The position numbers and the translations under genes were made by a program. Source: an uncultured Acidobacteriota bacterium (GTDB lineage: Bacteria; Acidobacteriota; Thermoanaerobaculia; UBA5066; DATFVB01). Taken from it: 64,000 bases of DNA. Position 1 is the stretch's first letter; each line of letters begins with the position of its first letter. A model generated the notes under the pieces. The model searched no databases, was not told the DNA's origin, and saw only the letters and a list, made by a program, of their open reading frames with translations. This document shows, in pieces, positions 54,646-64,000 of this stretch. Where the stretch lies: the NCBI GenBank assembly GCA_963813155.1, contig CAWEYG010000003.1:192001-256000 (forward strand), given 5' to 3'.

Positions 54646-55385
54646 GCTCGATCGAGAACCCGGATCGCCTCCGGACAGAGGACCTCGTGAAGACGTATTC
54701 CGGCCGGCGGGTCGTGGAGGGCGTCTCGCTGTCCGTCGAGAGGGGGCAGATCGTGGGCCTTCTCGGCCCGAACGGGGCCGGAAAGACGACGACGTTCTAC
54801 CTCGTCGTGGGTCTCGTGTCTCCCGACTCGGGACGCGTGTGGCTCGGCGACCGGGAAATCACCGAGCTGCCGATGTACCGCCGCGCCCGGCTGGGCGTCT
54901 CCTACCTTCCGCAGGAGCCTTCCGTGTTTCGAAAGATGACCGCGGAAGAAAACCTCCTCGCGATTCTCGAAACGCTCGATCTCCCGAGATCGCAGCGCCT
55001 CGAGCGCTGCGACGAGCTGATCGAAAGCTTCGGGCTCGCGAAGGTGCGCCGGACTCGCGCCTATTCGCTTTCGGGGGGGGAGAGGCGCCGCCTCGAGATC
55101 GCCCGGTCGCTCGTCCTCTCGCCGTCGTTCGTCCTGCTCGACGAGCCCTTTGCGGGCATCGACCCGATCGCCGTGCTGGAAATCCAGAGAATCGTTCGCC
55201 GCCTCGCCGCCGAAAAGATCGGGATCCTCATCACGGACCACAACGTCCGGGAAACCTTGAAAATCGTGGATCGCGCTTATATCATCAATGAGGGCAAAAT
55301 TTTACGAGCAGGCACGCCGCTTGCTTTGTCGAACGATGACCTCGTCAAGGAAGTCTATCTTGGCGAAGAATTCACGCTCTCCTAG
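54642..55385 (+). CDS. lptB: LPS export ABC transporter ATP-binding protein
   Basis: [59 protein letters not shown]. Confidence 0.96.
   Translation: MSSIENPDRLRTEDLVKTYSGRRVVEGVSLSVERGQIVGLLGPNGAGKTTTFYLVVGLVSPDSGRVWLGDREITELPMYRRARLGVSYLPQEPSVFRKMTAEENLLAILETLDLPRSQRLERCDELIESFGLAKVRRTRAYSLSGGERRRLEIARSLVLSPSFVLLDEPFAGIDPIAVLEIQRIVRRLAAEKIGILITDHNVRETLKIVDRAYIINEGKILRAGTPLALSNDDLVKEVYLGEEFTLS
55257..55285 (+). promoter_or_regulatory. candidate internal promoter for rpoN inside lptB
   Basis: TTGAAA(55257-62)-17 nt-TATCAT(55280-85) within an AT-rich patch of lptB. Confidence 0.5.
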
Positions 55386-55406
55386 GGAACTCGATTAGAA
55401 GAGGCA

Positions 55407-56855
55407 ATGGCGCTCGAACAGAAGCTCAATCTCCGACTCTCTCAACGGCTCGTGATGACGCCGTCGCTGCAGCAGGCGATCAAGATGCTGCAGATGACCC
55501 GTCTGGAGCTCTCCGAGGCTGTCAACCAGGAGGTCATCGAGAATCCCGTTCTCGAGGACGCCACCGAGGAGGAAGAGACTCCCCAGCCGGCCGCGACGGC
55601 GGACGGGCAGGAAGCCGCCGCGCCCGCGGCCGAGACGCCCGAGACGCCGGAGCCGCAGAAGGATTCGTTCGAGGAAATCGACTACGAGTCGTATTTCCAG
55701 GACTACATGGAATCGGGATACAACCCGCGCCAGTACGAGGAGCGGGAGGAGATCCCGCTCGAGAACACCCTCGCCGAGCAACCCGACCTGACGGAATACC
55801 TCAACTGGCAGCTCGGGATGAGCGCCGCCCGGCCGGAGATCCGGAAGATCGGCGAATTCATCATCGGCAACATCGACGAGGACGGATACCTGCAGGTCTC
55901 CAATGAAGAGATCGCGGGGGCCGCCTCCGCGACTTTGGACGAAGTCGAGGAAGCGCTCGCGTTCGTCCGTTCCTTCGACCCTCCGGGGATCTGTGCTTTC
56001 GATCTCCCGGACTGCCTTCGGCGCCAGGTCCGGATGCTCGGCATCGAGAACCCTTTGCTCGACGAGATCCTCACGACCCACTGGAACCAGTTCCTGAACC
56101 GCCAGTTTGCCGCCCTCGCGAAAGAGCTCAACGTGACGATGCCCAACCTCCAGGCGGTGCTCGCGATCGTGAGGAACCTGGAGACGAAGCCGGGCCGCCG
56201 CTATTCCAGCGAGCGAACCGTCTACGTTCAGCCGGACGTCGTCGTCCGGAAGGTCGACGGGGAATACGTCGTGCTGCTCGACGAAGACGGCCTGCCGCGC
56301 CTGCGGATTTCGAACTCGTACCGGCGCATGCTCCACAACGAGAACGGCACGCTCGCGGCGGAAGCGAAGGAGTACCTGAAGGAACGCATGCGCTCCGCCG
56401 TCTGGCTGATCAAGTCTCTCGACCAGAGGCAGCGGACGATCTACAAGGTCGCGGAATCGATCGTCACGCACCAGAAGGATTTCCTGGACCGCGGGATCGA
56501 ATTCCTCCGGCCGCTCGTCCTGCGCGACGTCGCGAACGACATCGGAATGCACGAGTCGACGGTTTCGCGCGTCGTTTCGAACAAGTACATGCAAACGCCG
56601 CGCGGAATCCTTCCGATGAAGTACTTCTTCCACACGGGAATCGATTCCTCGGAGGGGGAGGACGTGTCTTCCCTTTCGATCAAGAATAAGATCTCCAAGA
56701 TGATTGCGGATGAAGATCCGAAGAAGCCGCTTTCGGATGCGAAGCTCATGCAGAAGCTTCGAAGCGAGGGCATTCAGATCGCGCGGCGGACCGTCGCGAA
56801 GTACCGCGAAGAGTTGAGGCTGGCGTCTTCGAGCCAGCGAAAAGCCATCTTCTGA
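55407..56855 (+). CDS. rpoN: RNA polymerase sigma-54 factor
   Basis: MTPSLQQAIKMLQ, HESTVSR, RpoN box ARRTVAKYRE. Confidence 0.97.
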   Translation: MALEQKLNLRLSQRLVMTPSLQQAIKMLQMTRLELSEAVNQEVIENPVLEDATEEEETPQPAATADGQEAAAPAAETPETPEPQKDSFEEIDYESYFQDYMESGYNPRQYEEREEIPLENTLAEQPDLTEYLNWQLGMSAARPEIRKIGEFIIGNIDEDGYLQVSNEEIAGAASATLDEVEEALAFVRSFDPPGICAFDLPDCLRRQVRMLGIENPLLDEILTTHWNQFLNRQFAALAKELNVTMPNLQAVLAIVRNLETKPGRRYSSERTVYVQPDVVVRKVDGEYVVLLDEDGLPRLRISNSYRRMLHNENGTLAAEAKEYLKERMRSAVWLIKSLDQRQRTIYKVAESIVTHQKDFLDRGIEFLRPLVLRDVANDIGMHESTVSRVVSNKYMQTPRGILPMKYFFHTGIDSSEGEDVSSLSIKNKISKMIADEDPKKPLSDAKLMQKLRSEGIQIARRTVAKYREELRLASSSQRKAIF

Positions 56856-56882
56856 CGTTCGAGCTCTGAAAGGAGGCGCTTC

Positions 56883-57434
56883 ATGGCCATCGAGATCACG
56901 GGACGGCACATCGAAGTCCCGTTGCGGGAGAAGCAGCGGGTCGAGGAGCGCCTCACGCGGATGGAACGGCACACGGGGAAGATCGACGATGCCCGCCTCG
57001 TCGTGACCGGCGAAAAGCACCGGGTGCTCGCCGAGGCCATCATCGCGAGCGGGCGGGAAACGTGGAAGGCTCACGAGGAGAGCGCCGACCTTCCGACCGC
57101 GCTCGTCTCGGTCCTCGACAAAATCGAAACGCAGGCGAAGAGGGATCGGGCCCGCCGCAAGGACCACAAGGGAAAAATCTCCGCCCGGGCCGCGACCTCC
57201 GAGTGGGAGGTCGAGGTGATCGCGCGCGGGGAAATCCCGGTCGCCCCGCAGGACCGCCGGATCGTCAAGACGACGCGCATCCCGATCAAGCCGATGTCGG
57301 CGGAGGAAGCGGCCTTCGAGCTCGAGGATTCGCTCCACGAGTTCATCGTCTTCCAGGACGCGTCCTCGGAGCGCGTTTCGGTTCTCTACAAGCGACGCGA
57401 CGGCAATTTCGGCCTCATCGCTCCGGAGTGGTGA
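56883..57434 (+). CDS. hpf: ribosome hibernation promoting factor (long HPF)
   Basis: IEITGRHIE; C-terminal KPMSAEEA..VLYKRRDGNFGLI; follows rpoN. Confidence 0.92.
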   Translation: MAIEITGRHIEVPLREKQRVEERLTRMERHTGKIDDARLVVTGEKHRVLAEAIIASGRETWKAHEESADLPTALVSVLDKIETQAKRDRARRKDHKGKISARAATSEWEVEVIARGEIPVAPQDRRIVKTTRIPIKPMSAEEAAFELEDSLHEFIVFQDASSERVSVLYKRRDGNFGLIAPEW

Positions 57435-57910
57435 TGGCGCAGTCCGCGTCGTCTCCGTTCGAGACCCGCCGGATTTTCCTCGACGTGCCGGCCGGTTCCA
57501 TGACGGCCGCCATCGAGGACATGGCGCGGCGCCTGAAGGAGTCGGGAGACATCAAAGACCCCGCGGACCTCGCGGGAAAGGTCGTCGAGCGCGAGAAGCT
57601 CGGGTGCACCGGCCTCGGCAGCGGCATCGCGATCCCGCATTGCAAGCTGGACGGGCTGGAGAGCGTGCTGCTGGCCGTCGGGGTCTCGAAAGAGGGCGTC
57701 GATTTCCATGCGCTCGACGGGAGGCTCGTCCGGCTCATCTTTCTCGTGCTCTCGCCGGCGGAGGCTCCCGCCGGACACCTGCAGGCCCTCGCGAGGATCT
57801 CGCGCCTCGTCAAGACGCCCGGGATCACGGAGGGAATTCTGTCCGCCGCCAGCCCCGACCAGATCGGCCGCCTCCTTCTCGAAGCCGAATCGAAAATGTC
57901 GGTCGTATGA
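57434..57910 (+). CDS. ptsN: PTS EIIA, Ntr/fructose type
   Basis: REKLGCTGLGSGIAIPH, DFHALDG, HLQALARISR. Confidence 0.88.
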   Translation: MAQSASSPFETRRIFLDVPAGSMTAAIEDMARRLKESGDIKDPADLAGKVVEREKLGCTGLGSGIAIPHCKLDGLESVLLAVGVSKEGVDFHALDGRLVRLIFLVLSPAEAPAGHLQALARISRLVKTPGITEGILSAASPDQIGRLLLEAESKMSVV

Positions 57911-58887
57911 GGGAGTCGCAGGCGGACAACCTCACGACGGAGGACCTCCGCAGCGCTCCTTCGCTCGGCGTCCTTGCTCTCACTCTCGTTGCGGGCGAGG
58001 AGGGCCTTTCCCGCCCCCTCACCGGCTGGCGAATTCAAAGGCCGGGGCTCGCGATCGCCGGCTTTCTGCCGTACATCAAGCCGGGCCGCATTCAGATCCT
58101 CGGCCAGAGCGAGCTCGACTACATCGACACCCTCTCGGAGCTGGAAAGACGCCAGCGAATCGCCGCGATCACGGCCCTTCCGGTCGCGGGGTTCGTCGTC
58201 ACGAAGGGCCTGACGCCTCCGCCCGAGTTGCTTCGCGAATGCCGCAGCCGTCAGGTTCCGCTCTTCGTGAGCGAGCTGACGACGTCGGTCGTCATTCAGC
58301 GGATCACCGGAATGCTCGAGGAATCGCTCGCCCCGAAGCAGACCGTTCACGGAGTCTTCCTCGACGTCCACGGCATGGGGGTGCTGCTGGTCGGAGAGTC
58401 GGGAATCGGAAAGAGCGAGTGCGCGCTCGACCTGATCCAGCGCGGGCATCGCCTCGTCGCGGACGATGCCGTTCAGATCCGAAGGTTCCCGTCGGGGCAG
58501 CTCGTGGGACGCGCCTCCAACCTGATTCGCTACCACATGGAGCTTCGCGGCATCGGCATCATCAATATCAAGCACCTGTTCGGAGTCTCTGCGGTTCGGA
58601 CTTCCCAGTCGGTGGAGCTCGTGATCTCCCTCGAACGCTGGAAGGCGGGGGAGCAGTACGACCGGCTCGGCCTCCTTCACGAGACCTACGACATCCTGGG
58701 AGAGAAGCGTCCCCTCCTGCGGCTTCCCGTCGCGTCGGGTCGAAACCTCTCGATCCTGATCGAGATCGCGGCGCGCAACGAGCTGCTGAAGCTTCAGGGC
58801 TACGACGCGGCGCGGGAGTTCACCGAGCGCGTGGACGAAGAGATCGCGAAAAACGCCCGCGCTTCGCTCCCGCACGGGAAAGCTTGA
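57907..58887 (+). CDS. hprK: HPr kinase/phosphorylase
   Basis: RPGL, HGV, GESGIGKSECALDL..RGHRLVADD, MELRGIGIINI..LFG, GRNL. Confidence 0.95.
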   Translation: MRESQADNLTTEDLRSAPSLGVLALTLVAGEEGLSRPLTGWRIQRPGLAIAGFLPYIKPGRIQILGQSELDYIDTLSELERRQRIAAITALPVAGFVVTKGLTPPPELLRECRSRQVPLFVSELTTSVVIQRITGMLEESLAPKQTVHGVFLDVHGMGVLLVGESGIGKSECALDLIQRGHRLVADDAVQIRRFPSGQLVGRASNLIRYHMELRGIGIINIKHLFGVSAVRTSQSVELVISLERWKAGEQYDRLGLLHETYDILGEKRPLLRLPVASGRNLSILIEIAARNELLKLQGYDAAREFTERVDEEIAKNARASLPHGKA

Positions 58888-59750
58888 GCGGCGGTCCCGA
58901 AAGCTTCGTCATTGTCACCGGCCTTTCCGGATCGGGGAAGAGCTACGTCGAACGCTGCTTCGAGGACATCGGTTTCTTCTGCATCGACAACCTGCCGCTC
59001 TCCCTTCTCGGCTCGCTCCTCGACGAGCTGCTCGCCGGCGAGGCGCCGAAGCAGAAGGTCTGCGTCGTGCTCGACATCCGGAATCCGGGCTTCGCGTCCC
59101 AATTCCCCGAGACCTACCGCCGGATCCGGGAGCGCGTCCCGGGCGCGAAGCTGATTTTCCTGGATGCTTCCGAGGAATCGCTCATCCGGAGGTTCTCGGA
59201 GACCCGGCGTCCCCATCCGATCGCGGAAGGAACGTCCCTGCTCGAAGCGCTCCGGCGAGAGCGGGAGATGCTCTCCGACGTCCGGTCGCTCGCCGATCTG
59301 CTGATCGACACGTCGTCGTTGACGGTTCACGAGCTGCGGGGGGTGATTTCCCGGACCTTCGGGTCGGGGGAGAGAGGGCTCGTCGCGTCGATTACCTCCT
59401 TCGGGTTCAAGCACGGGTCGCCGTACGACGTCGATCTCCTCTTCGACGTGCGCTTTCTCGCAAACCCGCATTTCGTGCCCGAACTGAGGGGGAAGACCGG
59501 GGAAGACGCGGCCGTGGCGGCCTACATCGAGAAGGATCCGGAAACGGCCCCGTTCCTCGAACGTCTGCTAGACTTCGTCGGCTATCTGCTGCCGCGATAT
59601 GAAAAAGAGAACAAGAGTTACCTGTCGATCGGCATCGGCTGCACGGGCGGCCGGCACCGATCCGTGTACGTCGCGGAGCGGCTGGCCGAAGCCCTCCGGC
59701 AGAAGAAGTTTCCCGTTCGCGTGCGGCATCGCGACGCCGGACGGGAATAG
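58884..59750 (+). CDS. rapZ: RNase adapter RapZ (YvcJ/YhbJ)
   Basis: VTGLSGSGKS, CIDNLP, RRFSETRRPHP, SFGFKHG, FDVRFLANP, GCTGGRHRSV. Confidence 0.95.
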   Translation: MSGGPESFVIVTGLSGSGKSYVERCFEDIGFFCIDNLPLSLLGSLLDELLAGEAPKQKVCVVLDIRNPGFASQFPETYRRIRERVPGAKLIFLDASEESLIRRFSETRRPHPIAEGTSLLEALRREREMLSDVRSLADLLIDTSSLTVHELRGVISRTFGSGERGLVASITSFGFKHGSPYDVDLLFDVRFLANPHFVPELRGKTGEDAAVAAYIEKDPETAPFLERLLDFVGYLLPRYEKENKSYLSIGIGCTGGRHRSVYVAERLAEALRQKKFPVRVRHRDAGRE

Positions 59751-59768
59751 CGCAGCGGCGAAGCGATC

Positions 59769-60200
59769 ATGATCGGAATTCTCATCCTCACGCACGGGGA
59801 AATCGCCGAGCAGCTCGCGCTCGCCGCGAGGGCGATCTCTTCCGAGACCGAAAAGATCGAGGCGGTCGGGCTCGGCTGGAACGAGGACCCCGAGGCCGCG
59901 AGGCGCCGAATCGAGACCGCGATCGCGGCCGTCAGCGGCGGCGGGGGAGTCCTCGTCCTCACCGACATGTTCGGGGGAACGCCCTCGAACATCGCCTTTC
60001 CGTTTCTCCAGGAGGGGACCGTCGAGATCGTGACCGGCGTGAACCTTCCCATGGTCCTTCGCAGCCTCGCGACCCGAAAAAGCGACCCGCTGCCGGTCCT
60101 CGCCCGCGCCGTGCGGGAGAGAGGGCGGAAGGCGATCGAGGTGGCTTCGGACTACCTGAGCGAGAGGACGGCCGTGGCCGCGCCGGCCGGGGAAAAATGA
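59769..60200 (+). CDS. PTS EIIA, mannose type
   Basis: GILILTHG, LTDMFGGTPSN, GVNLPM. Confidence 0.92.
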   Translation: MIGILILTHGEIAEQLALAARAISSETEKIEAVGLGWNEDPEAARRRIETAIAAVSGGGGVLVLTDMFGGTPSNIAFPFLQEGTVEIVTGVNLPMVLRSLATRKSDPLPVLARAVRERGRKAIEVASDYLSERTAVAAPAGEK

Positions 60201-60466
60201 TCACGAAATCGATCGAAATCCGAAACCGCCTCGGCCTCCACGCGCGCGCCGCCGCGAAGCTCGTCCATACGTCCAGTCGATTCCGCTCGTCGGTGCGGAT
60301 CCGAAAGGACGACGAGGAAGTCGACGGGAAATCGATCCTCGGGATCCTTCTCCTCGCGGCGTCCAACGGAACGACCCTTCAGGTCATCGTCGAGGGAGAA
60401 GACGAACGAGAAGCCTCGACGGCCGTCGAGGATCTCATCGCCCGAAGGTTCGACGAGGAAGAGTAG
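60197..60466 (+). CDS. ptsH: phosphocarrier HPr
   Basis: NRLGLHARAAA (His15); GKSILG (Ser46). Confidence 0.93.
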   Translation: MITKSIEIRNRLGLHARAAAKLVHTSSRFRSSVRIRKDDEEVDGKSILGILLLAASNGTTLQVIVEGEDEREASTAVEDLIARRFDEEE

Positions 60467-60469
60467 GAC

Positions 60470-62173
60470 ATGCTCCGGGGCCAGAGCGTTTCCGCCGGCC
60501 TGGCCGTCGGGCGGGCCGCCGTGCTTCGCACCGCGCGCGGGTGGGTCGCCCGGGTTCCGATCGCGACCCACAAGGTGGAGGCCGAGTGCCGGCGGCTTCG
60601 CGCCGCCGCGGAAGCCGCTTCGGGAAAGCTCGCGGCGCTCGCCGGAGACCGCTCGGCGGCAATCGGCGGCGAAGTTTCGGCGATTCTTTCGGCGCATGCT
60701 CTGATCGCGCTGGATCCGGACTTCCTCAAGCCGATCGAGAAGATGATCCGCCGGGAGCAGGTCAACGCGGAGTGGTCGCTGCGATTCCGGGCCGAAGAGC
60801 TGAAGAGCGAGTTCGGAGAGTTGAGCGACCCGGTGTTTTCCGAGCGCGGCGACGACGTTCTCGAGGTCGCGCGCGCGATCGCCGCCGAGCTCGCCGGTCC
60901 CCCCGAGCGCGCTTTTCAGGCGCTCGCCGTGGACGGCGGCTCGATCCTCGTCGCCGACGAGCTTTCGCCGGCCCAGGCCGCCCGGCTCAATCCGCGGCAT
61001 TTCACGGGAATCGCGCTCGAGCGCGGAGGCATCCATTCGCATGCCGCGATCATCGCCCGATCGTTCGGGCTTCCGGCCGTCGTGGGCGTCGCCGGCTTGC
61101 TCGATCTCGTCGCGAAGAGCCGCCCGATCATCGTGGACGGGGACCGGGGAACCGTCGAGCCGAACCCGACGAAAGAACAGATCCGGAGGGGCCTGGAACG
61201 CGTCCAGTCCCGGAAGCGGGAGCGGGAGAAGAAGGCCGTACCGCGGCGCGTCGACCCCGGCACCGCCGACGGCGTGCGCGTTGCGTTTCGAGCGAATCTC
61301 GAGCTGGAGGCGGAAGCGGAGGCCCTCGACTCGAGCGGCGCGGAGGGCATCGGCCTCTTCCGCTCGGAATTCCTCGCGCTCGACATCCCCGGGGGAGCGC
61401 CGGGAGTCGAGGAGCAGCAGCGCGTGTACGAATCTCTCCTGCGGCGCGCAAAGCCTCACCCGGTCGTCGTTCGGACCTACGACCTGGGAGGGGAGAAGGA
61501 ATTCGGGGCTCCCGCGACGGGTCCGCTCGGGCTGCGCGGCATCCGTTACAGCCTCGCGAACCCCGCGATGTTCCGCGACCAGCTGCGGGCCCTTCTCCGG
61601 GCGTCGAAGCAGGGAGACCTCCGCATCCTCCTTCCGATGGTCTCCGAGATCGGCGAAGTGCGGGAAGCCCGGCGGCACCTTGCGGAGGTCGCGCGGGAGG
61701 AAGGGCTCGAGAGGCTCCCCGCCGTCGGCGCGATGGTGGAGATTCCCTCGGCCGCGCTGACCGCGCCGGCGCTCGCGAGCGAGTGCGATTTTTTCTCGAT
61801 CGGGACGAACGATCTGGCCCAGTATGCTCTCGCGGCGGACCGGAGCGACCCCGGCGTGGCGGCCTATTATCGGCCCGCGTCGCCGGCCGTTTTGCGGATG
61901 ATAAAATGGGTCGTGGATGCGGGCGAACAATCGAACCGGCCGGTTTCCGTTTGCGGCGAGCTCGCGGGCGATCCCCTCGGCGCGGCCCTTCTGGTCGGGC
62001 TCGGAGTGAGAGACCTCTCGATGTCGCCGGTGCTGATTCCGAGGGTTCAGGACGTTCTCTCGATGCTCGACTCGGCGCGGCTCGTCGAGGTCGCCTCGCG
62101 GGCGCTCGACTGCAGAACGTCCGACGAGGTCGTCGACGTTCTCAACCGCCTGAAGAAAAAGATCGACGCCTGA
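60470..62173 (+). CDS. ptsI: PEP--protein phosphotransferase (enzyme I, no GAF domain)
   Basis: GG..SHAAI.ARS, GIGLFRSEF, RTYDLGG, MVEIP, FFSIGTNDL, CGELAGD. Confidence 0.92.
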   Translation: MLRGQSVSAGLAVGRAAVLRTARGWVARVPIATHKVEAECRRLRAAAEAASGKLAALAGDRSAAIGGEVSAILSAHALIALDPDFLKPIEKMIRREQVNAEWSLRFRAEELKSEFGELSDPVFSERGDDVLEVARAIAAELAGPPERAFQALAVDGGSILVADELSPAQAARLNPRHFTGIALERGGIHSHAAIIARSFGLPAVVGVAGLLDLVAKSRPIIVDGDRGTVEPNPTKEQIRRGLERVQSRKREREKKAVPRRVDPGTADGVRVAFRANLELEAEAEALDSSGAEGIGLFRSEFLALDIPGGAPGVEEQQRVYESLLRRAKPHPVVVRTYDLGGEKEFGAPATGPLGLRGIRYSLANPAMFRDQLRALLRASKQGDLRILLPMVSEIGEVREARRHLAEVAREEGLERLPAVGAMVEIPSAALTAPALASECDFFSIGTNDLAQYALAADRSDPGVAAYYRPASPAVLRMIKWVVDAGEQSNRPVSVCGELAGDPLGAALLVGLGVRDLSMSPVLIPRVQDVLSMLDSARLVEVASRALDCRTSDEVVDVLNRLKKKIDA

Positions 62174-62544
62174 TGCGAAGAGTCGAGAAGCCGTGGGGGC
62201 ACGAGGTCATCTACGCCGAGAACGACCGGTACGCGGGAAAGATTCTCTTCGTGAAGGCCGGGGAGCGCCTCTCTCTCCAGTACCACGAGAAGAAAGACGA
62301 GACGATCCTGGTGCTCAGCGGGGAGCTCGACCTCCAGATCGAGGAAAAAGGGGAGCTCGTTCTTCGCCGGCTCAAGCCCGGAGATTCCTGTCACATCCCT
62401 CCCCGCGCCCGCCACCGGATGATCGGCGCGACCGACTGCCAGATTGCGGAGGCCTCGAGTCCCGAGTTGGACGACGTGGTTCGACTCGAAGACAGCTATG
62501 GACGAGCGGACGGGAATGAAAACGCAGCAAATCGTGTATTATGA
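62173..62544 (+). CDS. cupin domain protein (mannose-6-phosphate isomerase-like)
   Basis: VEKPWG, RLSLQYH..K.E, RHRM, DDVVRLEDSYGR; TGATG overlap with EI. Confidence 0.85.
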   Translation: MRRVEKPWGHEVIYAENDRYAGKILFVKAGERLSLQYHEKKDETILVLSGELDLQIEEKGELVLRRLKPGDSCHIPPRARHRMIGATDCQIAEASSPELDDVVRLEDSYGRADGNENAANRVL

Positions 62545-63255
62545 ATAAGTTAGAAGTATTGCCTCCCGCTTCTTTTTCTATCGGTCGCAGTTCCGGGGAG
62601 ATGTGAAGATCCGGCGTCTTCGACAGAGAAAGCTCCGGAGACTCGGACGGAAACGCCGGCGCGCCGGCTGAAGGGGGAGTTCAAGGGGCACCCGATCGCG
62701 GTTTCTCCCGAATCGGAGAAGCCGGAGCCGTCGAAACCGGAGGGCCGGAAGCATTCCGCCGAAAAGAAGCCGGCGGGAAAACCGAAGGAGTCGCGCTCCG
62801 AGAAGCCTCTCGTTCTCGACAACGCAATGGTCGGGGCCGACTCCCGTCGATCCGGCGCCAAGGGGGAGTCTCCACGTCCCGCAGCGGCCGCGCCCTCGTC
62901 GGCTCCGTCCTCGGCGGCACCGCCTCCCTCGGCGGTGACGCCAGCCGTACCCGTCGATCTGAACGGAAACGGCGAGGCCTACTGGCGGGCCAGGGCCGCG
63001 CAGCTGCGAGAAGGCCTCGCTCGGGCTCAGCAAACCCTTGAAGCCGCGCAGCTCGAAGAGAAACGCGAAGAGAACGATTTCTACGCCTGGGACGACGGGC
63101 AGTACCGCGACAACGTGATCAAGCCGGCCTGGGATCGCAGCAAGGAAGAGACGGTGCGGGCACAGGAAGCCCTCGTGACCGCCCAGAAGTCCGTCGACGA
63201 GCTCGAAGACGACGCGCGCAAGGCGGGCGCCTACCCCGGCTGGATCCGCGAATGA
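62541..63255 (+). CDS. secreted hypothetical protein with coiled-coil C-terminus (indel near 62552)
   Basis: KYCLPLLFLSVAVPGRC signal-like segment in frame with ORF 62827-63255 (EAYWRAR...ARKAGAYPGWIR); the start needs one base removed. Confidence 0.6.
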
Positions 63256-64000
63256 CCACCCCGGCCCGAAAGTTTCACGTCGAGACGTGGGGATGCCAGA
63301 TGAACGTCCTCGACAGCCAGCGGATGGCCGGGCTTCTCGAGGCCCGGGGATATCAGGCCGCCGAGGATCTTCACGACTGCGACGTCCTCCTCCTCAACAC
63401 GTGCGACGTGCGGGAGAAGGCCGAATGGAAGGTCTACTCGGAGCTCGGACGCCTGGGGGACTGGAAACGCGAGCGCCCCGGCCGGGTCATCGGGGTGACC
63501 GGTTGTGTCGCGCAGCGCGTCGGCGAGCGAATGCTCGAACGCCTTCCGCTCGTCGATTTCGTGCTTGGCCCGGGAAATGTCGACAAGCTTCCGGATGCGG
63601 TCGAGGCGGCGGGGGAGGGCAACCGGACCATGCTCCTCGAGCTGCCGTCCGACTCGCCCTCGTATCCGTTCGAGACGATCTCGCGAGCTCCGGGCTCGCA
63701 GGCCTACATCACCGTCATCGAGGGGTGTGATCAGTTCTGCACGTTCTGCGTCGTTCCTTTCACGCGAGGGCGGGAGCGCAGCCGGCGGGCCGGCGAGATC
63801 GAGCTCGAGGCTGCCGATCTCGCGTCCAGGGGATACGGGGAGATCACGCTTCTCGGGCAGACCGTCAACGCCTACGCGTGCCCGGAAACCGGACTCTCCC
63901 TCGCCGGTCTCCTGGAACGGCTCGCGCGAATCGACCGGCTCCGGAGCATCCGATTCCTCACGTCGCATCCCTCGTTCGTCACGCCGGAGTTCGCCGAGTT
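63252..64000 (+). CDS. miaB: tRNA methylthiotransferase MiaB (partial, runs off window end)
   Basis: Manual translation ETWGCQMNVLDS, LNTCDVREKA, GCVAQ, EGCDQFCTFCVVPFTRGRERSR, LLGQTVNAY, FLTSHP. Confidence 0.93.
   Translation, partial: MTTPARKFHVETWGCQMNVLDSQRMAGLLEARGYQAAEDLHDCDVLLLNTCDVREKAEWKVYSELGRLGDWKRERPGRVIGVTGCVAQRVGERMLERLPLVDFVLGPGNVDKLPDAVEAAGEGNRTMLLELPSDSPSYPFETISRAPGSQAYITVIEGCDQFCTFCVVPFTRGRERSRRAGEIELEAADLASRGYGEITLLGQTVNAYACPETGLSLAGLLERLARIDRLRSIRFLTSHPSFVTPEFAE

Overview
GC-rich (~68% by eye) diderm bacterial chromosome segment, densely packed with translationally coupled core genes. Gene content and order suggest Acidobacteriota, possibly Thermoanaerobaculia-like; this is inference. 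Order: lgt-lspA-ileS-acpS-ThiE-like (minus strand); rsmE-ilvE-pilT-recX; a ~3.4 kb accessory insert (orphan exported protein, mazEF, Tat-exported alpha/beta hydrolase with divergent XRE/MmyB regulator); alaS; slt-TPR/AIM24-uvrB; uvrC-DUF4388/SPOR-DUF4388/TPR-DUF4126-NYN-rnpB; LD-carboxypeptidase-cNMP/FHA-recG; scpAB-rluB-cmk-rpsA-HU/IHF; lpxB-msbA (one ORF as given); yicC-gmk-rpoZ-coaBC-udg; PuuD-like and aspA (minus); Fe/Mn SOD with a sigma54-type promoter; priA-accA-recJ-lptC/A-lptB-rpoN-hpf-ptsN-hprK-rapZ-EIIA-HPr-EI-cupin; miaB (partial). About 14 single-base indels break genes, several of them essential, so they are most likely long-read errors. I saw no CRISPR array, tRNA, rRNA, integrase or transposase. 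Best novelty candidates are a DUF4388-TM-SPOR plus DUF4388-TPR module coupled to uvrC, the apparent LpxB-MsbA fusion (possibly an artefact), an NYN nuclease next to rnpB, a cNMP-FHA adaptor and a one-piece LptC/LptA bridge. All are hypotheses made without database searches.
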